A DNA stretch of 64,000 nucleotides from Rotaria socialis (lineage: Eukaryota). Positions 27,721 to 40,551 of the stretch are shown here, piece by piece. Location: NCBI GenBank assembly GCA_905331295.1, contig CAJNYD010000496.1, forward strand, positions 62,001-126,000. The letters run 5' to 3'. The notes under the pieces were generated by a model. It saw only the letters and a list, made by a program, of their open reading frames with translations. It ran no database searches and was not told where the DNA came from. Position numbers and translations under genes: made by a program. Each line of letters opens with the position of its first letter. Within the stretch, counting starts at the first letter, position 1.

Positions 27721-30700
27721 TCAACTTGGCAAATTTTCTTTCATAAATTTTTCTAATGATTTTAATCTTTCATCTATATCAACCATATCATTTACATTTG
27801 TGGATTCTGTTTTTATTAAATTAATATCTAAATTAAAACAATATAAAGAAATGATTTTTAATAAAAGTAATTTACTTTGTTGATCATGATCAGAAGATGA
27901 GTGATGATGAGATTTATGTGAAATAAGACTTGCTGGATTATTTGATGTTGATTTACGTAAAATGGATGGCGATGATGGTACACCCTCAATATCCTATGTT
28001 TAGAAATAAATACAGAAAAAAAAATTAAAAAGAAAAATGTTTAGTTTTCATACTGAATCAGTAGAATCTTTTGATTTATATTGATTCGATTCGCTAGTGC
28101 GTTTTCGACTTGAACTTCTTCGAGAAGCTGATATACGTAAACCATCACCACTATCGTTTAATTTCAAACTAGTAACTAATTGCGAGAATATTTAGATAGA
28201 AAAAGACTAAACACAATTATTTACTTGATGCTGCTTTACTTCCACCTCGAGCAGAAAAATCTTCAAAAAATAAAAATTTATTTTTATTTTTATTTTTACG
28301 AATGAAAACAAAAACAATATTACCACTCAAATCTGAATCAGAGCCATGTCGACCAACACTGCGTCTTCGTCGAGTTTCTCTACTTCTACAATATATATTT
28401 TTGATAGAAAAGCAAAAACAAAAGTTTATAATAATTACTTTTGTATTTCAATTTGTCGTAATTTAAGATTTTTTTCACGAATATAAGCTGTTGGATTGAA
28501 TCGACCACGAGAATCTAATAGAATTTAATAAATAAATAAAAAGACGCAAAAACATAAAACTAATATAACCTGCTGGTGATGGTGATCGTTTTGTGAGACT
28601 TGATGAACGAGGACGAGTTCCACTTCCGCTTCGACGAGAATCATTTGAATTCGAACGATGTTTTGAACGATTACGAGATGAAGCTGTTGGTAATAAGTGA
28701 TCAGAACGATGTCGGCGTTGATCACCTGATGATGGACGAGATAATGAAGGTGGACGCTGTTGTTGTTGTTGAGATGAACGAGGAGAATAACTAAATAAAT
28801 TTCTCTTCTATCAGTTAACTTCTTCATAAAAATTGTCAATTAATTGAATTCGTCATTATATTTCGATTTATCTGACTATTGATAAGATTATGGACGAAAG
28901 TTTTTCTCCTATTATTTACTCACAAATGATTCAAATTTTTATCTATTTATAGGAATGAAAAACTTCTATTTAGTGTCGAAGTGATTAGTGAAATTTGTTT
29001 TTCGGATTGAACTATGAAACACGATTAAACTATTTAAATTACAAATAAGCAAGTTTATTAATATGTATTTAATCTTGTCAAAAACTGTATACTTTTAATG
29101 TAGGTAAGAAATCAATTACGTATATTGAGTTTAATCATGTTCGATTATTCGACTATGCTTATCACGATATGCTAGATCATAATTATCATCGTCAATCATA
29201 AGACGCATGGTTGAGACTATTTTTGTGACTGTCATTATCTTTCAGAAATTGAAAATTCACCAGCAATTACAATGAAATTTAACAAGCATACAGTTATTCT
29301 ACAATAAGAATGATTTCAAATATTATTACATAGAATATTGATTTCAATGTTCTCTAAACATAGAATCCTAATTGACTGGCTTATATTGTCAATATCTCGG
29401 TGACAATTACATCTCTCATTGAGAATAGAAATTACTGAATGTAACGACGTTGATGTTGATTAACTCGTAGGAAAAAAATCGACCGAGAGAAATCGATGAT
29501 CAATATATGTTTATTAATATATAAAATGATATAAAATGAAAATTTTTCTTTTGTTTACCTATTATTTTGAAGTAAAATATAATTCTAGGATAATTATCAA
29601 CGAGCAAACTATTTTTAGGAAAACTAGTTGGATAATAAAGTCTCTAACAACAAATTTCACTCAAATCTATTATTATGGATAGTATCCTTGAAAGTACACT
29701 GTAGATTTCCATGCAAATATTGAGACTATTCAATTCTAACAAATAATTGGAAAAACATACCCATTAAGATGTATTGGTCGTTCTTTCGACGATGATCGAA
29801 CAGTAGTTGGATGATGATGAAGAGTACTGTAAAAAAAAAGAGGAAAAAAATAAGTTTTCTGTTCTCATCATTTTATTATTTATTGATTTACTTTCGTTTC
29901 ATTAAAGCGATTTCATTTGTTAAACATCTCAGTTTTGATTTTAATTGTCTTTCTGATGTTTTTAATGAATCAATCTTCAATAAAAATTTTATTTTGTTTC
30001 TCACAAAAATAAACAAATTAAACAAATAAATTATACTTGATCATTTAGTAGTCTGTAATCATCGGTTTTTGTTGTTGTCGTCTTAGCACGTTCTTTAACT
30101 AAAGCATCTTCACTAGTACGTATCATTTGACGTAATAATTCAATCTGTTGTTGTTGATCTTTTGAATTATTCGGCCGATTTGATGCTAATTGTTGACGAA
30201 ACTCATTGTTTTCTTTTTTTAAACGTGTACATCTATACAAAAATATTAAAAAATTAGAATAAGAATAGGAATAAAAACGATATGCTTACTCTCGTTGTAG
30301 ACGTATTATATCACTACGTTCAACATCTGATTCAAGCTAAAAATGGAGAATCAATCCAAATTTACTTTGGATTATTTTCAAATAAGGTGGATTTACTCGT
30401 GATTTTAACAAACAATTTTCAGTTGTTAATTGTCGAATTTGTTGCATTAAAATAACAGGATCTGGTTTTCCGCAATATGGAAGTGATAATGGATAATAAA
30501 TTCGATCATATTCAGCATTATACGTTAAAATTAAATAACGTTTATTTGCCAATTGAATATTTGCTGGATGATGAGTTACACTTCCGGCTTGACCTTGCCG
30601 TTTTTTTCGTAATGTTTCAAGATCATCATATGTAAATAAGTCAATGCTTACCGCTGAACTTTCCTAATTTTCATTCAAATTAAAAAAAAAACAATTATTT

Positions 30701-31093
30701 GTTACAATAAACTCTTTATTTATTTTTTCTTACTTGATTGATAGCATTTTCAAGCATATTAACAAAAACACTGAATGATTTAAAATTGCCCGTTTTAGCG
30801 GTCATTGTTTCGATTGCTAGGAGAAAAAAAGGAACAAAAATCATGTTGAAATGTTGATTATAAAATAAAGATATAAATAATTTACCTGTAACATCAAAAG
30901 ATGCCTTCCATTGGTCTGCACTTTCCTTTGCTTCAACTTCCAAGTCCATTTGTGATTGTTTAGAATTATGAAGAGACATTGATATTATATAAGGTTGATT
31001 TCGTATCACGATTTCATTTGAACATGCATTTTTTAAAGATGATGATTCAGATAAACCTGGATTTATAGTTGATAGATCCAGTGAATCTTTCAT
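27721..31093 (-). CDS. CCDC61: Coiled-coil domain-containing protein 61 (centrosomal, VFL3-like), multi-exon
   Basis: Signature segments MTAKTGNFKSFSVFVNML, DLFTYDDLETLR, KRYLILTYNAEYDRIYYPLSLPYCGKPDP, Arg/Ser-rich region, and C-terminal DIDERLKSLEKFM. Confidence 0.88.
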
Positions 31094-31755
31094 ATCTAAA
31101 ATCAAAAGGCTTTATTTTACTTTTTCTGTTTAATAAAAGCAAATTTTCAAAAACATAATCATCATCACACCAAATGAAAAGCGAGCATAAGTTTGCATAA
31201 AGGGAAATAGCTGATGCCATGCAATAGTAAATCTTCAAGCAGATACATGTTGGCAATGCCATATAATCATAAGCCTTTGAAGTGTTATTTTCTTTTTGAT
31301 AAAATAATATAATTACCCTAAATCGATCATTTTAAAGTTTGAAACAGACGATATGTTCAATATAAAATGAACAAAATCGTATTTTTTCTAATTACACAAT
31401 TATGTTAAACAAAAGATAATTTACTACTTCTATTTTTTATTTACTTTGAAACTTGTTTTGATTGCCATTCCGTGATTATTTTCCTATTATTTTTGAATAA
31501 AGAATTATACTGTTTGTTTAGAACAGTTCCTTTTCTCCAAATTCCTTTTTATCAAAGCAAAACAAAAAATGAATCTTAAAAATCTAGAAAACAGAATAAG
31601 TGATTCAACTGTTTTAAACTAAGAAAAAAATTTGAATCTCTCTTCTACATTTATTCGCAGTACTGGCAAAGATATATTGTTTAATGTCTTTTCTGCATAA
31701 AAAAGGATCAATAAACAAATAAAGGGAAAGATGAATCAATGATATTTGTCTATGG

Positions 31756-33818
31756 TTAATGTGTGATGGTATACATTCGACTACGTGTACGATTATATTC
31801 ACGTAATTGTTCAATTGGACCTTTAAATTAAGAAGAAAAATAACAATAAAATTAATAATAAATAAATCAACTAACCAACAGCGGCAATGGCTGGACAATG
31901 ATTGTAAACATATTGTTTCATAGCTGACATAACTGTTTTTGCATCAACAGCCTAAAAATATTTTTAGTTTATGAATTCATTTTTAGAATAATAATCAAAA
32001 CTGACATCGATTCGTGCATTAAGTTCATGCAATGGTAGTCGTCGACCATATGAAAGTAATTGACTATAGAAAAGAAATTACATTAAGAGTTAACCTAATT
32101 TTATAGAATAAAATATTAAAACAAACCGTCCAATATCTTCACAAATTGGTGTTGAACCATCTAGTGCTAATAACATATTTGTTTTAAATAATTTCTTAGC
32201 TCGTTCTACTTCAATATCAGTGCAAGCTGTTGAAATACGACACCTTTATTAGCAATAAAAAAAAATCATATAAACAGTTAAGAAACTATACAAATTCTAT
32301 TTAAAATACCATTCATCTTGTATAGCAGACATAGCATCATCAATACGCATTCGATCAGTAACTACATAAGTTCCCCATAAACCAGTGTCCGTATAGCACG
32401 TATTAAATGATTGATATGAATGACATAAATTATATTGAACTGATTGTTGGCCAAGACGTGAAGCTACATGAGCACCACCAGCCATTGATCTATTTATTCA
32501 ATTATTTGTAATCGATTGCTCAAAAAATTAACTTGATCAACTTATATTTCAATTTAGGATGATCGCCAAAAGATAAATTTGAGTCAATTAAAAAAAAATT
32601 ACCTATCCCAGTTACCAACAATAGTCGATGCAACCATCAATGGAATAGTATCAGCATGAGCCCAACCTGTACTCTCAACAGCAAGAGCAATATGAGCCAA
32701 TGGCATTTCATCATCACGAACACGAATTTCACTACCAGAAAAACTAATAGTAATAAATAAATACATAAATAAATAAATTTTATGCTTGAAAAATAAATAG
32801 AATAATTTCACCGGCATGGTAAAAGATCAGGTACTTCTCCTTCATAGCCGGCTTTCAATTTTCCAAAATGTTCTTCACTTAAACGAACTAGTTGATCATG
32901 ATTAACACCACCAGCAGCAGCTAAAACCATTCTTGGTGCTTTATAATGTGTTCCAACATATTTAAGTAAATCAGCTTTTTTGATTGAACTGACAGATGAG
33001 CAAAAAACAAGTTTCGATAGACATGAAATTTATTGAATAAATTTACTTGATATTTTCTGTAGAACCGAGAACACTTCTAGCTAATGGTGTTCCTTGATAA
33101 CCAGTTGCATGCAAATGATCAAAAGTAACCTCTTGAAGATTATTTTCGATTTCATCCATTTCACGTAAAATTGTATGACGTTCACGTTCGATTTCTTCTT
33201 CATTAAATTGAGTATTTTGAATTATATCCGATAAAATTTCAACAACTATGCATATTTTTATTATCAAATAATAAAAAAGTATAAAAAGAAAAAAATATAA
33301 TTACTTTGTGGCAAATCTTTAGTAAAACATTTAGCATAATAAGCAGTCTGTTCTCGTGATGTATAAGCATTCAAATGTGCACCAAGATTTTCAATTTGAA
33401 CTTCAAGATCACGTTGCGTTCGTTTATTTGTACTCTAAATAATACTTTTACTTGAAATGCTAAAATAATATCGTCTAATATTTTACTTTAAATGCCATAT
33501 GTTCAAGAAAATGTGCTGTACCATTGTTTTGTGCTGTTTCAAATCGGCTTCCGGCATCAATCCAAATACCAACAGTACATGTTGGAATGCCATAATCTTC
33601 TGATGCAACACGTAAACCATTTTTGATTGCTGTTACACGAGTTTCGGGAACATTTAAAAGTGTTTGCTCGTATGTTATTGATGGATGTGTTTGTAATGCT
33701 GTAGTTGCATTACGAAACTAGAAGAAACTAATCAATAAAAATTGAGATAAAACTTAGAGCTTACTGATGATCGAGCAGCATAACGACCAGCTCCGTGAAG
33801 AAGACTACGAAGTAGCAT
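31756..33818 (-). CDS. PMPCB: Mitochondrial-processing peptidase subunit beta (M16), multi-exon
   Basis: Presequence, [27 protein letters not shown], intact HFLEH zinc motif, [36 protein letters not shown]. Confidence 0.92.
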
Positions 33819-34703
33819 GTTATTAATAAATGTTTTCTGCAAGATCAAAAAAAGTACTTGGCACTTATAGAGCGAGCGAAAGAAAAATTATTATTTTTTC
33901 GACCATATTGAAAATGAAATATGACGACCTCTATTAGAAAATTCAGTAAATCTATTACAGAAATTTATTTTATTCAGAAATTGATCGTAACTACACATTT
34001 TCTTTAGGTCTAAAGTATTGATTTTAAAATTATTTAGCGACACACTACCAACGTTATAGCTTGCATGTTTTATTTAACTATCCATTTGAATGTGTCTATG
34101 ATACCTCGAATGAATGATGATGAAAAAGAAGAGACATCTTTTTTATAGCGTCATAGTAATGGAATTGGAAACTACCGTCATCTATAAGGATCGATAGAAT
34201 TACTTGAAAGACTTGCTCATAAAAAATGAAGAGAAAAAAAGGTACTAAGTTCTTCTTAGTCGATTAAAAATAGGAAACGGCTATGTTAACTTTTAGTATT
34301 TGTATTGAAATTATTTAGCAAAGAAAATTTGACAGCCTAAATAGCGACACAATTTTCTACAGGAAGCTTAGCTCCTCCTCTGACTCCGCCACTAATCAGC
34401 ATCATGTATTCAAACAAATATTCTATTTATATGCAATTGAAACAGGACGAATAGAAAATATATACGATATCGACAATACTATCGTGTTTAACATGGTGAA
34501 GAAAACGAATTTGAGTATTTTATTAGAAAAAGGAACGACTAAAACTAAAAATGAATGTGACCAAATTATAAAAATTATCAATACTCAGCTTAAGTCCATC
34601 TTCAACTAGTAAGTCGTTCTCATTTGATTGTTACTTAATTGTTTAGCTAGATTACTTTTAATTGGTCTAGTAAATTTTAAGATTATTGTTCTATCGTCGG
34701 TCG

Positions 34704-34955
34704 TTTTTGTGTACTCAAAAAAAAAAGAGTACACTATAGAATCGGTCAGTGTGTCCGTCCGTCCGTCCGTCCGTTTATTCGATAACTCTTCACAATTACA
34801 TTCGATTGAGCTGAAATTTTGTGCACAGAATTGTCTTATCAATATCTAGGTCGAGTTCGAAGATGAGAAGGATTCGTCAAGAAATGGCTGATTTGTCGAA
34901 AAAATTGTCATTTTTGATCAGACCATCCCTGAGGGGGAGTACAGGGATTTTTCAA
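34704..34955 (+). mobile_element. Helentron-associated (DINE-1/HINE-like) non-autonomous element
   Basis: Begins in a T run, GTGTACTC..GAGTACAC hairpin, (GTCC)n microsatellite, TGAAATTTT core and GAGTTCGAAGATGAG, with GAGTACA repeated near the 3' end. The right boundary is approximate. Confidence 0.6.
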
Positions 34956-35374
34956 AAACAAAATGTTCTCAGAATTACTCACAACATATATAAATCGACT
35001 CAGTTTTTAACGCTGATTCTAAATCTGATATTAGTTTTGAACTAAGTCATAGCTTTCTAACGAAACATCGCCTGAAAAACGTCTCAAAATTCACAAAAAC
35101 TCCATCCAGAAATCAAATTGTCTAGCTTCTCATGATAATTTTCGTGTTCAGGCATTCTAGAATGACTGATATGTTGCATGCACTTTTTGCAGTACACATA
35201 ACTCTCGGATGAAATCCGAAGTTTCCACATTTATTTTTTGTATTTTCAGTTCTCAATCATGGTCATCAATATTTAAATTGAATTATTTAAAACAATTACA
35301 TGTTGATTATTTAAGATATGCACCATTTACAAGTCATGATGTACCAGAATTGCAAGCAAAAAATTAGAATATTA

Positions 35375-36343
35375 CCCATCCCAGGTTGATCAAAACAGAC
35401 TCGTTTACGATCTGTTTGTCGACAGTAAACGATGTCAAAACAGTATCTTTACGGCAGTAAATACGTCGTATTTGCCCGTAATACCTGGCACCGTAAACGG
35501 GACTGAATTTTCATGGTTTACGGCTGTTTGTGCTCCGCACTCTCATGATAATACGGTCCGTATTACTGCGCCAGATATTACGGCAAAATTTCGCCCGTAA
35601 AATAGTCGTAAAGTAACCGTCAATGGCCGTATACGGACCGTACTGTTCGACCTGGGATGTCATGGCACCTATTCATGACTCTATTTTGTGTAAAAGAAGA
35701 AATCAACAGAAAATTTTATTCAAAATCAACCACAGGTAAATTTTGAATAATTTTTATCCGTCAGCCTTCGAATATTGATCCTTCCGTTGATGGGTAGGCG
35801 CATCGAATCAAAGCATTTTACCATCACAAATACAATCATCAGAAGAAATCTAATTTTTCAAGCTTGGAAGAAACAAACAGAAGACTGATATTTTATTTGT
35901 TGCTAATACGAAAACGATAACCTAATGTAAATACACAATTTTGTGTTATACGAAAATTGTTTTCTGTAATCACTTAGCTGATACTTTATTTATTATCGTA
36001 TTATGTTGCATTGTTCATTGTAATGCGCACGCATTGTGTTAGAATGTCATGTCGCTCATGAAAACTGCTGTCATAATTTCATGAAACGTATTGTCTGAAC
36101 AATAGCTTATTAGTAATAAACGAAGAAAAAGTAGTACACATACATACTATGTATTAAAATATACCCATAACATTACTGATTAATCAATACTCAAGAAAAA
36201 ACAATGCGCAAAAATCGCGATTATTTATCAAAATCGGCAAAAATCGACAGTTTTGACGATTTAATCGCGATATAATCTCACGATTATCGGACTAATATAT
36301 CGCGATTAAATCGCCAATTTTAATGCGATTTCTATGACATGGG
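35375..36343. mobile_element. CCC-ended non-autonomous DNA transposon (CMC/EnSpm-like), TA TSD
   Basis: TIR CCCATGTCAT (left copy split by the nested element) / ATGACATGGG; TA on both sides; ATCGCGATT subterminal repeats; interrupts the Fic frame. Confidence 0.8.
35380..35656. mobile_element. CCCAGG-ended MITE nested in the left TIR of the previous element
   Basis: CCCAGGTTGA..TCGACCTGGG, 2-bp TSD AT, TACGG/CCGTA repeats. Confidence 0.88.
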
Positions 36344-36644
36344 TAGTTCCATTTGGTCGATTCAAAGTTGCACCCAATTCAGCATCACGACAAGATGGCA
36401 AATTATTTCAATTTTGTCCACCTTCTAAAGTTGAAGAACAATTAAAATTGTTATATTCGTTGTATGAACAATATGAGTACGAAAATATTGATCCCATTAT
36501 ACTAGCTTCTTGGTTTCATGCAGAATTTATTCGAATTCATTCGTTTGTCGATGGTAATGGTCGTCTTGGTCGGTTTTTGTCTAGTAAAATATTAATGAAG
36601 TACGATTTGTTTCCTCTTATTGTTGAGAAACAAAACAGAGCAGA

Positions 36645-37011
36645 CCCAGGTGAATGAATCCTATGACGGATCCTATCGGATCTGATGGGATCCTATCACC
36701 CAATAGAATCCGATGGGATTCCGGGTTACGGATTGACTGTCGGTTCCGACGGAAAAAAAACATCTTAATTAGGGGTGAATATGCATATTTTCTCATAAGA
36801 ACACTAGGTTCATATGTTCATGTCGGATTCCGTTAATTTCCAACACTGGATCCTATGGAATTCCTACACCAAGGATCCGACTGTAGGTCCTGATCCCGGA
36901 ATCCTATAGGATTTCGTTGGTTTTATTGGAATCCATGGATATTTGGAATATTCACAGTCTGACCCTTGTCGGAATCCGATAGGATCCTAGTCTCGGAATG
37001 ACTCTCCTGGG
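36645..37011. mobile_element. CCCAGG-ended MITE in the Fic CDS
   Basis: CCCAGGTGAATGA..TGACTCTCCTGGG, TSD GA, GGATCC/GGAATCC repeats; removal restores ..QNRAEYIECM.. in frame. Confidence 0.9.
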
Positions 37012-37267
37012 GAGTATATTGAGTGTATGGATGAAAGCATCGCTCGAAATAATCTAACATCATTAGTTAACTTTATCAAACGTGAACAAAATTTACTTAT
37101 TGAACATGTACGAAAACAAACTACATGTTCAAAACAGAAATATCTTGTTTTTTCCGTTGATAATTGATTTGTTTCAATTTGTTTTTGTGTGCATAATGTT
37201 TTATTGTTATTGATATTATTTCTTGTCAATTCTGTTGTTTTATTAGAATGGACAAATCCATGAGTTT

Positions 37268-37441
37268 CTCGTATAAAAAACGATTAAAAATCAGATTAAA
37301 ATCTATTATGACTACACTATTTTAATCAGATTCATCAGCCTAAATTTTAGATCGAAAAATCTGATTCAAATACTGCCACCCCAATAGATTATGAACCCAA
37401 AAAGAATTGATTTTAATCTGATTTTTAGCCGTTTTTTCGGG
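37268..37441. mobile_element. Degenerate palindromic MITE
   Basis: AAAAAACGATTAAAAATCAGATTAAAATC ... GATTTTAATCTGATTTTTAGCCGTTTTTT inverted arms. Confidence 0.6.
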
Positions 37442-37573
37442 ATAGATCCGTCGACTATAATTCTGTCTATTTTTCTTTAATAGTTGATTACTTTTTAATG
37501 AGTAATAGCACTTTCAAAAACACTTAGTTCATACTTTTGCTCATTCTGTTACTGTCCTAATTTGATCATTTAG

Positions 37574-38218
37574 GAGGGATGTCATAATATCCACAACTTG
37601 GGTATCGAGGTGAATACCCATATAGGATACCCAGTTGGATGGACATCTACGTATCCTCAGAGCTGAGGAATTTGCGTGCATTTGGTGTAGCGATATTGGA
37701 TATCGGAAATTTTCCTACTGTCAGGTCCTACTTCAAACAAATTAATATAAGCCACAATTCAAATAACATACATGTGACGATCCACAACAACACCAACTAC
37801 ACAGCATGCTACAGTTTCAACCCGACTTCCTTGAGCCATTGTGATAAAAGTCGTAATAAATGGTTATCAGGTAAAAATGAAGTTCGTCAACTAACATTTA
37901 CCTGGAATTGCACGCTATCTGCAATACTCATTAAACAAATCTGTACATATCGATAAACATTGGCATAAAGCTGACTACATGAATACAATAAATTTTAACA
38001 TAGCATCACGTTTCCTTATTCATAATTATAAAGTCACGTATTTCTACAATAGGGTATCCATTTCCAATACCCAGTCTCGTTACACCAAATGCACTCAAAT
38101 TCCTCAGCTATGAGGAACATGGGTATTCATTTTAGTATCCATTTTAGATATCCACTTCAATGGATATCGTGAATGGTATGTCGACGATACCCAGTGTTAG
38201 GATATTATGATATCTCTG
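37574..38218. mobile_element. Non-autonomous TIR element (hAT-like ends)
   Basis: GAGGGATGTCATAATATCC / GGATATTATGATATCTCTG, plus inner inverted repeats (GCTGAGGAATTTG..TTTGGTGTA versus TACACCAAATGC..CAAATTCCTCAGC); TSD not recognisable. Confidence 0.7.
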
Positions 38219-38439
38219 ATAACACTCGATTCCTCAGCTCAAAGCTTTTCTTTCTGTATAATTTTTCTTAATATTTTTCTTAGCATTGTTAGTCACGGTA
38301 CTATGGTCTGTGGCGCAAGATATTCTCTTCTTGTTTTTATTCAGATGTGTACAATTATTTGTTGTATATAGCTTGTTGATTCATCCAAATTATTTTTTTG
38401 TGCTTCGCTTACGTTACTGATTGTTACTATGAATAGGTT

Positions 38440-38745
38440 CCCAGGTCAAAGCAACCGGCCGGGGAAATGGCCGGGTCCCGCGCATTCCCGCGATTTCACG
38501 GAAGCAGTATTCCGGATCGGGAAATCTATGGATTTTTCCTGTAGATTCCGCCAAGTTCCTGTTGGTTCCCGCCGGAAATCATCGGAAATCACCGGGAAAA
38601 TCCGGAAAAATCCGTCTCGGAATCCTGCTTCCAGGGTCCGATGATATCCGGCGCTTTCCTGCACGTTCCGGTGCGTTTCCAGTATGTTTCCGCCCGGTTG
38701 CAATGAAATCCCCTCATTTCCGGAGGCCGGAAACATCGTCCTGGG
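38440..38745. mobile_element. GC-rich CCCAGG-ended MITE
   Basis: CCCAGGTCAA..TCGTCCTGGG, TSD TT, CCGGAAA repeats. Confidence 0.88.
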
Positions 38746-38990
38746 TTGTTATTTAGTAAGACTAAGTCAGTTCCTATCGAGATTTTATTGTTATTCTATA
38801 ACGTCTTTTTTGCTCATTTATATTTGTTGTTATATGTCTTTATATCCGCAATACTCTTTCATTATTCTTGTGTCAATTTAATTTATACCATATCGATAAA
38901 CCGACGAAAACAATATTGATGTGGTATATATTTTTTTAATTTATATAATAGCTTACGATTTTTTGCAAGAAATCAGAATACTGATTACAT

Positions 38991-39287
38991 GAGTAGCTGC
39001 CTAATTCGACTTCGAATATAAACGGTAAAAACGAAAAGAGCTAACCATAACCATATAGCTAGCGACCGTTTTAGTTTTACGTATATATATATATATCTAC
39101 CATGAGAGATGCCCAGTAATAATTCGAATATAAATGGAGCTTCAACTGCATCATCTCAATTCGAATATAACCAGAGATATATACCTAGTCTCCCATGTAA
39201 GTAGAAATAGATTTAGATTTAGTTTTCGTTAAAATTTTTTTTTTCTCCATTTATATTCGAATTCGAACTCGAATTAGACAGCTACTC
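38991..39287. mobile_element. MITE with TTCGAATATA repeats
   Basis: TIR GAGTAGCTGCCTAATTCGA / TCGAATTAGACAGCTACTC. Confidence 0.75.
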
Positions 39288-40439
39288 TCATCTGAATATA
39301 TATTCGAATATATTTGTAAATCTGTTCATTTAAAGTGAACGAAGAAAGTATAACACATTTGTATGGCTTACTCAACCGTTTCATAAATCATCAGTCGGAC
39401 ATGAGCAATAGTTTTGCTCACCATTCAGTATATACTTTTACAGGTAACCTGCTTAGCAGCAAGCGCTAATATTCAAGCAAATATTAATTAATTATCAATT
39501 TTCATTACTTTTCAATTGACTTCTCATTTTGTTTTAAACTTCACCAGTATCTTTAAAGTATCGCAATACAGTTAGAAAAAATAATCTAATTAATATTTCA
39601 AAATAGATAAATTTTCTGAGCTTTTTAGACCTTTCAATTTTAGCCAGTCATAGTGGTTATCACTTTTTAAACTGTAAGAAACGAAATGAAATTTAAAACT
39701 GACAAAATCTTTATACGTTTTAGGACTACAGTTTCATTTTGACTAGATGCGCTTCCCATCATCGTTAGACTATTATTTTCAAGTGCTGCATCACTTCGAA
39801 ATGATAAACTAAACAAGTACATAAAAAAGACGGAAAAGTATAACATACATAAATTAGTTTTAAAAGCCTAGGCTGTACGACATTTTCACAGAACATCATT
39901 CTAAGAATAAGAACCTGTTAGTTAAAACCAGTTCTGTTCTTTGTACTAAATGACGAATGAAAATGTAGTGAATCGTTCTTGATTAACAAAAAAAATGGAT
40001 ACATATTCACTAAACATACGCTGTTGGCTTTTGCAATGGAACGGTATTTCTAAAATAAAAGCAGAATTTGTATGTTTTTAACATTATTTACAGTTCAGTA
40101 TTTTGGGTCGCTCTTAGAACTATAGAAAGTGTTATAATAATGTCTTCAATAGGTTGTTCTAAGTGAATATTCTAAAAAAGGACGAGAAAGGATAAAAATG
40201 TTATTTTTATCATCTAATCAGTTCGGTTTGGTTCCAAAAAAACACGAACCGATCCCATCGCTGGTATGATTAAAATGTGAAGCATGGTGTAACTGTTATC
40301 GGTAATCAGATGGAAAGCGTGCCGTTCGATCGGCTTTGCGATACATTTGTTCCTAACACTTTACTCAATCTTTTAGAACTATAATAAGAAAACAGTTGAT
40401 ATATTCTAATGAGACCATAGTAATATATGGTCTTTAATC

Positions 40440-40551
40440 AAGGAGAAAAGCGCGACTGCACGTACTTCCCTTGTTCTCCCAGATACTTCATTTATAATTC
40501 GTTGTACTCCACTCCTACTTCGAAGTATGGAAGTCTCGCTATTCTTCCCTT
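40440..40551. mobile_element. Small AAGG..CCTT MITE (copy 1)
   Basis: AAGGAGAAAAGCGCGACT..AGTCTCGCTATTCTTCCCTT; homologous to 42461-42591; lies at the 3' end of the F-box-like pseudogene. Confidence 0.65.

Larger units (their letters stand above)
34098..37167 (+). pseudogene. Fic (Fido) domain gene fragmented by transposons, stops and frameshifts
   Basis: Fragments AIETGRIENIY (about 34430), LKQLH (about 35290), VPFGRFK..FCPPSKVEEQL..HAEFIRIHSFVDGNGRLGR (36346-36644), and EYIECMDESIARNNLTSLVNFI (37012-37167). The 5' limit is approximate. Confidence 0.85.

Noticed and set aside
28840..29760. Unusually long CCDC61 intron as a possible snoRNA or TE host
   Set aside because: No convincing box motifs, stem or TIR/TSD found by eye.
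38429..38881. GC-rich overlapping short ORFs
   Set aside because: They arise from the 38440-38745 MITE and show no protein motif.
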